IMG/VR virus record: IMGVR_UViG_3300006903_000012
Source of the DNA: a virus
Reading direction: 5' to 3' (one strand)
DNA length: 64,000 bases
Made by a program: the position numbers and the translations under genes. Under the pieces are notes generated by a model. The model saw only the letters and a list, made by a program, of their open reading frames with translations, did no database searches and was not told the origin of the DNA. Shown piece by piece: positions 24,501 through 32,579 of this stretch (the stretch's first letter is position 1; every line of letters begins with the position of its first letter).

Positions 24501-24914
24501 TCATCTGGACCTAGCATGTTTCTTTGGGCCTCTCGCAAAGTTTAGAATTTTTACTTTCCGACCAAATTCTTTAGCATGTCCGCAAGTAATCAGTGCCATT
24601 GTCGACTCAGTGTCAATAATTGCAATACACAGATCACAATTTCTAGCCATAATCATATCTCGCATCGGTGGGGCCGCACCAGTTAACTTGTTAATTCCAC
24701 AATAGGTCCCATAAGCCAATCGCCCATTGGCACCCCAGACTGTAATCTTTTCATACTCTCTCAGATTTGCATATCTAACAACCTCTTGCTCAATCCCGAC
24801 TAAATCTCCACAAAGAATTTCGTGATTTCGCTTCAGGCACATCAAAACAATTTCACGAGTTTTCTTTATCATAGGTTCAGTCGGGCTTTCTGAACCGGTA
24901 ATTAGAACTACCAT
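24501..24914 (-). CDS. Rossmann-like protein, possibly SLOG/DUF2493-related
   Basis: VVLITGSES...HEILCGDLVGIEQEVVRYA... pattern similar to 20872-21255. Confidence 0.4.
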   Translation of the reverse strand: MVVLITGSESPTEPMIKKTREIVLMCLKRNHEILCGDLVGIEQEVVRYANLREYEKITVWGANGRLAYGTYCGINKLTGAAPPMRDMIMARNCDLCIAIIDTESTMALITCGHAKEFGRKVKILNFARGPKKHARSR

Positions 24915-25363
24915 AGACGTCGAGACTTAGCTAAACCAAAATCTTCAGCCATTCCCGGTGGACCATCAAACGTTATTTTCTCAGGTGGCACCATACGTTC
25001 AAGATGCCGAATATAATCAAGCATCTCACTAACACTCTTGAAATGAACATCAATGATTCTAACTGTTCCACCATTACTTCGACCAAGTCGTGAAATAAAA
25101 ATAATTTGTGTCTGAGCATGCCGATTTTCTAATGCATTAGAAAACGGTTGAGAGTCAATTCCCACCATCGATATTTGGTCGTTAAAGTCTTTACGAAGCT
25201 GAATTAAGTTCTGAGAAAGAATATGATGTTGTTTTTCAACATCCTGAATTTGATTATTTAAACTACATAATTCAATATCTAATTTTAATAGCTTCAAAAT
25301 AAATTGCCGAATATCAGACAGCAAGAAATTGATCCAAGTACGAAACCAGAATTTCATATGCAT
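24908..25363 (-). CDS. hypothetical protein
   Basis: 151-aa ORF. Confidence 0.55.
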   Translation of the reverse strand: MHMKFWFRTWINFLLSDIRQFILKLLKLDIELCSLNNQIQDVEKQHHILSQNLIQLRKDFNDQISMVGIDSQPFSNALENRHAQTQIIFISRLGRSNGGTVRIIDVHFKSVSEMLDYIRHLERMVPPEKITFDGPPGMAEDFGLAKSRRLW

Positions 25364-25371
25364 CTCCTTCT

Positions 25372-25842
25372 CTAACTATTACCGCCAAAAGTCTCATAGA
25401 AGTCTGGAGCGATTTGCTTGACCTGCTCTAGATATGAGTCCCAAGTCTCAACTAATGGTTCGTCTTTGTCATAAGTACTTGGAATATTGGGATCAAATGA
25501 TTTTCGCATTTGTTTACTGTAAAAGATAAGCCAACTCAAAGCTGACGATAAATTTCGTCCCATTGATCTTGATTCCGCACACGGCAAAATCCATTTAACT
25601 TCATTAGGAGACATTCTCAACATTTCGATATCGCTCAATAATTTCCACGGTGTAGTTGAATCATCATATTGAAGAATATGATACCATCGTTCGCAACCCT
25701 CGATATTCGAGCATGGAGCGATATTGGGTCCTTGTCCATATGGAATTCTAGAAATTTTTATAAGTTCTTCAAGAGCCCGATCAAACGTTTCGTATTTCTC
25801 AGGTAAAGATTCTGCATGAAAATTATCTTCAATAATAAACAT
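25372..25842 (-). CDS. hypothetical protein
   Basis: 156-aa ORF. Confidence 0.6.
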   Translation of the reverse strand: MFIIEDNFHAESLPEKYETFDRALEELIKISRIPYGQGPNIAPCSNIEGCERWYHILQYDDSTTPWKLLSDIEMLRMSPNEVKWILPCAESRSMGRNLSSALSWLIFYSKQMRKSFDPNIPSTYDKDEPLVETWDSYLEQVKQIAPDFYETFGGNS

Positions 25843-25865
25843 TCCAAAACTCCTTCTCTAGACTT

Positions 25866-26072
25866 TCACAAATTTCCGAGTGGCCAACAAAACTCAACTC
25901 GCTTACAGTCATTTGGTTGACGTTCGTTCTCTCTAGGAGCATGCTTAATACAAAAATCCGCAGCTTGCATATTGTTGTCAATGTTATCAATAAGAACTCT
26001 ACCAGTCATTCCGGAAACTGTTACCGTAGCTGGTTCTCCACACTCATCACACAATCTACTAAAAACATACAT
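25866..26072 (-). CDS. hypothetical small Cys-containing protein
   Basis: 68-aa ORF. Confidence 0.5.
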   Translation of the reverse strand: MYVFSRLCDECGEPATVTVSGMTGRVLIDNIDNNMQAADFCIKHAPRENERQPNDCKRVEFCWPLGNL

Positions 26073-26074
26073 AT

Positions 26075-27637
26075 CTACACCCTCACAAATTTACGTGCAG
26101 CTCGTGGACGAATACTGGCTCCATAGCAAGACATTGAACTAGCTACTGCCAAGTCAATTTTAGCTTTTGTTTTTTCTTTATCTAATCGAAAGCCGCGTTC
26201 AGATTCTTCAGCCACTGCGTTCAAAACATGCGTTCGAAGTGCTGGACTTAAAATTCGATGCAACTTCTTCGTAACTATCCATTGATAAAGTGCATTATCC
26301 GATTCGATGCGTCCAGAGTTCTGTGGAAAATCCACAAAGAGTTTCTTAGAATTATGTGGATCATATTTCTTCCGCAAGTTAGTCATAATGGTATGCAATT
26401 GATAATTATCATAATAGACTGCTTCGACTTTGAAAGTATCTAACAGCCAAATCAGTTTAGCACCGAGAGTTTGCTCCAAATCAATTTCTTTGACATCTGA
26501 CCCTTCGACAACTTGTGGCTTCCATTCCCAGGCCGCAATAATATCTGGTCCTTGTCGATCTAAATCCCAATGTGAGATAACTAATGCCGCACTGTCATTA
26601 TGAACACCAGCATCAGCACCCACAAATAGAAAACGTAGATCACCTTCTTCATTGAGTGATTCGCATTCTTCTAAAACATCCCATTGAGCGGGTTCGATAA
26701 AGACTGATGTACTACTAACCCATTCGTTTTGATGAAGACGTTTATAAGCATTAGGTCGAAGATCGGCACGCTGTTGAATATAATATTCCTCAGTCTGCCA
26801 CGGCATCCGATGTTCATGGCTCCAATAGACTAACATCTTTGACTGTGGAACATAATAAACTGGTAAATCATCAAGTTCAGGAATTTTTTGACCAAGTAAT
26901 TGATTTTCATTGCCGTCTTTAAAAACTTGACAGTATAGATTCCACAAAATATCTGATTCGTTCAAAAATCCGGCGTATGTCTCAACCCAACGAACCGAAA
27001 ATCGCCGAGTCGGGACGGGGGTCATCTCCTCCCACAGTCTCTTTCTGCGCTCTGATGTGTACGCCCACAACTCACTCCACAGTGTTAGTCCAGGATTTCC
27101 TCCGGCTTCGCCTTCATAAGCTGTACCGATAGCTTTGACCTTGGTACCTGTATGCTCATTTGACATTGATGGTTTCTGGTCGGGCACATTCCAACCCAAT
27201 CGCTTGAGAGTCGGGACCATAGCCGCATAGATGCGGCCTTGCGCTTGTTCCTTGTCATTAGCAATTGAAATTATTTCATTGGGTGCTTCAACATAATTTC
27301 CCCAATAAGACCCAGCTAAACCAGCAGATGCTGTCTTACCACTTTTCTTCGGTTCAGACCAAAGAACTGTAGTAATTAATTTTGCCCAGATGCCTTTAAA
27401 AATATATCTAAAAATTCTTTGCTGATGGTCTTCTAGTCTAACAAGTTTTTCAGTTGTTGGGTCAATAAAATTACCGTGCGCCCAGTCAACTATATCTGGT
27501 GGCTCAACCCAAACAGATTCAACAATTGCATTCGATGCTGACTCAGGTGGATCCAATCGATCCGCCAAATCTAAAATTAACTGAGTTGCGAACGGGGCCC
27601 CGTTCGCAACTTGTTTAGGTTTGCTTTTTCGGGGCAT
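26075..27637 (-). CDS. terL: terminase large subunit
   Basis: Walker A-like SEPKKSGKTASAG near the N-terminus and a C-terminal RNase H-like nuclease segment (FLFVGADAGVHNDSAALVISHW). Size is 520 aa. Confidence 0.85.
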   Translation of the reverse strand: MPRKSKPKQVANGAPFATQLILDLADRLDPPESASNAIVESVWVEPPDIVDWAHGNFIDPTTEKLVRLEDHQQRIFRYIFKGIWAKLITTVLWSEPKKSGKTASAGLAGSYWGNYVEAPNEIISIANDKEQAQGRIYAAMVPTLKRLGWNVPDQKPSMSNEHTGTKVKAIGTAYEGEAGGNPGLTLWSELWAYTSERRKRLWEEMTPVPTRRFSVRWVETYAGFLNESDILWNLYCQVFKDGNENQLLGQKIPELDDLPVYYVPQSKMLVYWSHEHRMPWQTEEYYIQQRADLRPNAYKRLHQNEWVSSTSVFIEPAQWDVLEECESLNEEGDLRFLFVGADAGVHNDSAALVISHWDLDRQGPDIIAAWEWKPQVVEGSDVKEIDLEQTLGAKLIWLLDTFKVEAVYYDNYQLHTIMTNLRKKYDPHNSKKLFVDFPQNSGRIESDNALYQWIVTKKLHRILSPALRTHVLNAVAEESERGFRLDKEKTKAKIDLAVASSMSCYGASIRPRAARKFVRV

Positions 27638-27670
27638 CGTCTACACTTAAATACCTTCTCAAAGAATTTT

Positions 27671-28285
27671 TTATTGACCATCACTAACAGTAGTTATATT
27701 TCCAGCTGGTAATCCAATCAACCCCGCGCCAATTACTTTCCGAAGATCAGCGCCAATGTCACGGCGCACCAACGGGTCTGGTATTCGTTTCTGAATCACA
27801 TCATAGATATAACCAATGATCTGCATTACTTGCTGAACATCAAGCATCGAACCCATCGCGATTCGGCGTTCGGTCTCTTGTGCAACTAACTTACGATGCT
27901 GACCAATTAAGATTATTAGTTTTTTCATTTGAATTGGATCAAAGCTATCTTGCTCTTGTGCTTCTTCGCCAATTTCCCAGATTTGAGAATCAAGCAATGC
28001 AATCTTTTTAGTTAAGTTTAGAATTTCAGGATCAACAACGGCGGCTTCAAATCTAGCACGCAAGTTTTTCGGAAGTGGTGTGTACTTAGAATGCTCCCCG
28101 GTTGTTGGAGGACGACCAGCTTTTCCACCATGATACTTACACCTCCAACAACCGGGCCGAGTTTTTTCTTCTCGGTTAATACATTGCTCGCCAATGGCTT
28201 TGACAAACTGGCAACGATGTGTCTTATCATCCTTCATGTACTTAATAAGTTTTAAACCCGGTTTCAGTATGCCCTTTTTAGCCAT
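27671..28285 (-). CDS. putative terminase small subunit / DNA-binding protein
   Basis: Lies immediately upstream of terL. The N-terminus has a Cys cluster and CKYHGGKAGRPPTTGEHSKY, a motif I associate with some small terminases. Confidence 0.4.
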   Translation of the reverse strand: MAKKGILKPGLKLIKYMKDDKTHRCQFVKAIGEQCINREEKTRPGCWRCKYHGGKAGRPPTTGEHSKYTPLPKNLRARFEAAVVDPEILNLTKKIALLDSQIWEIGEEAQEQDSFDPIQMKKLIILIGQHRKLVAQETERRIAMGSMLDVQQVMQIIGYIYDVIQKRIPDPLVRRDIGADLRKVIGAGLIGLPAGNITTVSDGQ

Positions 28286-28303
28286 TTAGCGTTTCCTTAG
28301 AAA

Positions 28304-28843
28304 TTATTCAAGTTTCTTTTCAAGTTTAGCAATCTCAGTTACGGCCTTGGCACGTTTCTCTTCGGCTGTCAAAAGAGTTTCGTATTTCTCTTTAGCTTCC
28401 TTGAGCTTCTTCTCAAGATCCTGACGAACCAAATTCTTTGTATGCTCAGTCAGAACCTTAAGTTTTTCATCAATCCAAGCGGGAACATCAGTATCGAGTT
28501 CTTGCAACTCTTCTTTTAGATCACGCAAGAAAATCTTTACAGCCAGCGCATGTTCCAACCCACATGCCTTAACATCGAGTTGTTTGATTTGTTCGATATT
28601 CATAATGACTTGCCCTCCTGTAGGCATTGAAGAAAATAATTGCTTATAAATTTTATCTTCGACTTCTTTAACTAGCACATTTTCTAATTGTTTTCGTTTG
28701 TCAAAAATACTTTTGATGTATTCCTCACTGAACTCATCATGAACTATTGGTCTATATTCATAACGAAGTTTGTTATCCCAACTCTCATACCTCCCATACC
28801 TATTATCCGAATTATACGAATATCTATTACTATCTTCACTCAT
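28304..28843 (-). CDS. coiled-coil hypothetical protein
   Basis: 179-aa ORF with a K/E-rich C-terminal half. Confidence 0.6.
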   Translation of the reverse strand: MSEDSNRYSYNSDNRYGRYESWDNKLRYEYRPIVHDEFSEEYIKSIFDKRKQLENVLVKEVEDKIYKQLFSSMPTGGQVIMNIEQIKQLDVKACGLEHALAVKIFLRDLKEELQELDTDVPAWIDEKLKVLTEHTKNLVRQDLEKKLKEAKEKYETLLTAEEKRAKAVTEIAKLEKKLE

Positions 28844-29078
28844 TCACACTTTCCTCCCAATCTACTTCTTTATACACTCGTCTTTCGCCGCTCTTTGATG
28901 AAAACTTCTTCTCGACTAGCTTGTTTGCTTCGACTATAAACCGTTTCTTGTCTCGTTTGAAAACAATGCCTTGTGGGATATCCTTTCGTTTAGCTGCTGA
29001 GATTATTTGAGATTTAGTAAGTCTCGCACCTTCAATACCAAGTGATCTTGGATCATGTGTGCAGATATATTCTTCCAT
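28836..29078 (-). CDS. hypothetical protein
   Basis: 80-aa ORF. Confidence 0.5.
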   Translation of the reverse strand: MEEYICTHDPRSLGIEGARLTKSQIISAAKRKDIPQGIVFKRDKKRFIVEANKLVEKKFSSKSGERRVYKEVDWEESVNE

Positions 29079-29223
29079 AAATAAGTTAACCAGTTATCTT
29101 TCTTTCCAAAACATCAGGATGGAAAAAGACTTTGTCTCGAATTCCGGAGACAAAATCTGCAGCGATATTATAGGTGTGCTCCTTGTCAGTGTCAAGGATT
29201 TTGATGGCTTTCAAAATGTATTT

Positions 29224-30255
29224 TTATCCTAATAAATCAACCAACAAAACAGCCGTTTCCATAAACTTTTCCAGGTCAGCATCGCTCCCAACAGTAATCC
29301 GTATCAGATCACTTAAAGGTAATCCGTGACTGCCCAATGTCCGAATTAGAATTCCTTTCGATTCCAAAAACCTAGCGATGGAGAGCGCAGATCGGGGTTT
29401 GGTATCATACACCATAAAATTTCCAGCATGTGAAACGAATCTCAAGAAGGGCAGCTTTTCTTCAATCTGCGCTTCCCATTTGTCCCGCATCTCTAATGTT
29501 TCGGAAACAACAACTCTAGAGTGATTCTCCTTGACCGCTTCCTCAGCAAGCAATAGACTCGGCTCTGAAATCCCCCATGGCAGCCGGAGCTTCTTAAAGA
29601 TTATAGCTAAAGCCGGATGGCTGATTGTGTAGCCCACACGAATACCCGGAAGCCCATAGGCTTTAGAAAAAGAATAAATGTAAACCAAGTTTGGATACTT
29701 CATCGGATCCAAAAGCGGCCCCGGATTATCTGAAAATTCATAGTAAGCCCGATCTACTGCTATCACCCGATCACCATCTAAAAGTTTTTCCAGATCATAG
29801 GTATAAGGTAAGGGGTTATTAGGATCACAAAGAAATAACAGTTGATCACCAGCATAGATCTCATAGGGTAAATCAGATGATTGGTATTCATTTACGGTAT
29901 AACCATTAAGATCCGCTCGCAGCTTATACATCGAAAACGTAGGAACTACCACGCCCACACTATGATATTCTTGAACACAGATCGAGCGAATCAGGACATC
30001 TATACATTCGGTCGCGCCCACCATCGCTGTACACATCTCAGGAGCCGATGGGTAAAGTAAAGACTCCAGATGCTTTGGCGAGCGAGGGTACTCATTATAA
30101 GACTGATATAGAACGTCGGCCAGAGAATTATTTTCAACAAATGACTCATTCGCCATCAGACGAAGTCCATCAACCTGCTGATGAGATGTATCATAGCTGG
30201 TACCTGACACTACCCACTCAGGTAACTCCGATATAATGTCATCAATTCCAGGCAT
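29224..30255 (-). CDS. class I/II PLP-dependent aminotransferase (HisC-like)
   Basis: YSFSKAYGLPGIRVGY is the PLP-lysine motif of histidinol-phosphate-type aminotransferases. Size is 343 aa. The start overlaps the queC stop by 14 nt. Confidence 0.75.
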   Translation of the reverse strand: MPGIDDIISELPEWVVSGTSYDTSHQQVDGLRLMANESFVENNSLADVLYQSYNEYPRSPKHLESLLYPSAPEMCTAMVGATECIDVLIRSICVQEYHSVGVVVPTFSMYKLRADLNGYTVNEYQSSDLPYEIYAGDQLLFLCDPNNPLPYTYDLEKLLDGDRVIAVDRAYYEFSDNPGPLLDPMKYPNLVYIYSFSKAYGLPGIRVGYTISHPALAIIFKKLRLPWGISEPSLLLAEEAVKENHSRVVVSETLEMRDKWEAQIEEKLPFLRFVSHAGNFMVYDTKPRSALSIARFLESKGILIRTLGSHGLPLSDLIRITVGSDADLEKFMETAVLLVDLLG

Positions 30256-30919
30256 CGATGATTACTCCTCGCTGAATTAGCTGTTGCTTCCATTCTTGCC
30301 GCTTAACACAATGAACACAATGTCCGCATGGTTTATCAGTCAAACTTTCATAGCAGTCATGCGCATTCCAAATTTCAGGATCCTCAACTAAGCTCCTAGA
30401 AAGAATATCGATTCTGTCCCATTCCCACTCCTGAAATGGCGCACTAAATGTAATATCCTCACGGGTGGCTTCTTTAGCGGCCAGCATAAATCGTTCATAA
30501 AAAGATTCAGTTGCATCAGGAAAGGGGGCATCATCTGGTTCCTTGTGAAACCCGGTCATAATCTTAGCGTATCCCAAAGCTAAACCAAAAACCACCGCAT
30601 GACTCAGTAGAAGTAAATTTCTGGCTTCTAATCTGTTACCTTCTAGAAAAGGCTTCCAACTTTCACCACTCACTTGGTTTGGATAACTACCCTTTAAAAT
30701 GGGACTTGTAAGTCGCTTAGATAAATCTGTAATTGGAACGGCATGAAAAGGAATATTATACTTTTGGCAAAAATACTTGTTTGATTCGAACTCACCTACA
30801 GCTGCCTTCTGTCCATAATCAAACCAGATCACACCGTCTGGTTTCGGGCAGAGAACTAATAAAGAAATACTATCCATGCCACCGCCGCTCATCAATAAGC
30901 TTCTAGTATTCATAGGCAT
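30242..30919 (-). CDS. queC: 7-cyano-7-deazaguanine synthase
   Basis: PP-loop LMSGGGMDSISL and C-terminal Zn cluster CGHCVHCVKR. Confidence 0.85.
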   Translation of the reverse strand: MPMNTRSLLMSGGGMDSISLLVLCPKPDGVIWFDYGQKAAVGEFESNKYFCQKYNIPFHAVPITDLSKRLTSPILKGSYPNQVSGESWKPFLEGNRLEARNLLLLSHAVVFGLALGYAKIMTGFHKEPDDAPFPDATESFYERFMLAAKEATREDITFSAPFQEWEWDRIDILSRSLVEDPEIWNAHDCYESLTDKPCGHCVHCVKRQEWKQQLIQRGVIIDAWN

Positions 30920-31193
30920 ACCTTTCCTTTAAAATCTTCAGTAACAAATCGTTGATTTGCTTCTTCTTGCTTCGATGATGAATATCAAAATGACAATCTC
31001 GACAAACACAGGCCATATATTTAGGATCAAAAATTTTTTCAGATCGGACGCGGCCACCACTCTTTTGTAAAATCTCATGCACCTCCGCACCTGCTGTTCC
31101 ATGAATCAAGCAGCGTCCATGATCCCGATACCGGACCATTTTGATAATTGTCAGTTTCTCGGCTTTTGTCAGCTTCTTAACTCGTCTGTCCAT
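30903..31193 (-). CDS. HNH endonuclease
   Basis: RCLIHGTAGAEVHEIL...CVCRDCHFDIHH. It overlaps both neighbours by 17 nt. Confidence 0.6.
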   Translation of the reverse strand: MDRRVKKLTKAEKLTIIKMVRYRDHGRCLIHGTAGAEVHEILQKSGGRVRSEKIFDPKYMACVCRDCHFDIHHRSKKKQINDLLLKILKERYAYEY

Positions 31194-31800
31194 TTTGATA
31201 ATAGGCTAAGAACTCTTTCCGAATATCTGAATGCTCAAGAAACAATCCGCTGAGCTTGGCAGTAACAACCTTACTGTGCCGCATCTTCACACCACGGCAG
31301 TTCATACATCCATGCTGACCGACAATAATTACTCCGGCACCGTTAGGCTTCAAATGTTCATTAATTGCCTTTGAAATATCCACTGCTAACTGCTCTTGCA
31401 AAACTGGTCGTGCCGATAATAACTCAGCCAAACGCGGGATCTTTGATAGCCCAATCACATAACCGTCCTTAGATGGGAGATAACCAATTACCATTTGGTA
31501 AGTGATAGGCAATAGGTGATGGGGACACAGGCTGGTCGTCTCAATATTCTTGAAGACAACCATTTCATCGTAATCACTAGGGAACTTTTTCGACATTAGT
31601 TTCTTTATTTGCTTCTCAGTACCCCACATGCCCGAGCACATTTCTATAAGGGACTTAATGACTCGCTCCGGTGTCTCTTCAAAGTTAGGATCAGCGTCAA
31701 CTGTAATTCCCATATCCTGAAGAATTGTCTTCAGATGCAAAGCCATAGCTCCTTGAACTTGCTTGCTCGGTGGATTGTCAGGAATTGAATCTAATAACAT
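31177..31800 (-). CDS. folE: GTP cyclohydrolase I
   Basis: SLCPHHLLP, GLSKIPR...RPVLQEQL and HGCMNCRGV motifs. Confidence 0.9.
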   Translation of the reverse strand: MLLDSIPDNPPSKQVQGAMALHLKTILQDMGITVDADPNFEETPERVIKSLIEMCSGMWGTEKQIKKLMSKKFPSDYDEMVVFKNIETTSLCPHHLLPITYQMVIGYLPSKDGYVIGLSKIPRLAELLSARPVLQEQLAVDISKAINEHLKPNGAGVIIVGQHGCMNCRGVKMRHSKVVTAKLSGLFLEHSDIRKEFLAYYQNGQTS

Positions 31801-32579
31801 CAGCCTAAACCTAACCTTTCTTTTTCCTTAAATAAGAGTTTATCAAGATGTACATTAGAATGCTTTCTCAATAATTCAGGAGTAGTCAGAATCTCGAGGA
31901 GCAGTGCCATTGCATAAGAATCATATTTGTTATGATCCTTGCCTAGATCTGGCACACCGAACTCAGATGTCAAACAATTCCTAACCTGTGTTTTGCTATC
32001 TAATCCATCTTTCTTTCTTGTTGATCCTGGACAGATACAAGACTTCCAAGTTGGAATCGGAATAACAAGTGTTTGATTAAACTTTGTGTGGTTGTAAATA
32101 ACATCAAGTACCGCTTGCTTGATTTCCGCCATAGTCTGAACTGCGGAACCATGAGATGCGTGAGAATAATCCTCGACACAGACAAATAATTGTTTACCAA
32201 TAATATCTAACGGCAGCTCATCAATTATAAGCCGAAGATGAAGTAACAGGAAATTCAAGTTTACTGATAACCACTTAACTCGCTCGAATCTGGGTCTCCA
32301 TCCTTTCTTGCTCTTATCTGGTTTTGATCCAAAGGAAAACCAAGAAACTTTTCGTTCACTGCCCTTCTTCGAGATTAGGCAGACCGTCAATGGGTTGATC
32401 CCCGGATCGATCCCGATGAACACTGTAGAGTTTTTGCCAACCAGGGCTTCGGTAACACATTTCTCGAAAGTCGCAGTAGTTACAGTGGTCCCCCTCAACC
32501 CGGATGAAGAGACCTGCGCGAATACTGTCCGAAACTTTTCGGATTTGATTGATTTGCGTTTTGATTTCTTGGCGGTCAT
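31800..32579 (-). CDS. RuvC-like Holliday junction resolvase
   Basis: VFIGIDPG..., CVEDYSH and DSYAMALL carboxylate motifs. The true start is probably internal (for example the GTG at 32421-32423 giving MFIGIDPG), because the track start overlaps the upstream gene by 224 nt. Confidence 0.6.
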   Translation of the reverse strand: MTAKKSKRKSIKSEKFRTVFAQVSSSGLRGTTVTTATFEKCVTEALVGKNSTVFIGIDPGINPLTVCLISKKGSERKVSWFSFGSKPDKSKKGWRPRFERVKWLSVNLNFLLLHLRLIIDELPLDIIGKQLFVCVEDYSHASHGSAVQTMAEIKQAVLDVIYNHTKFNQTLVIPIPTWKSCICPGSTRKKDGLDSKTQVRNCLTSEFGVPDLGKDHNKYDSYAMALLLEILTTPELLRKHSNVHLDKLLFKEKERLGLG

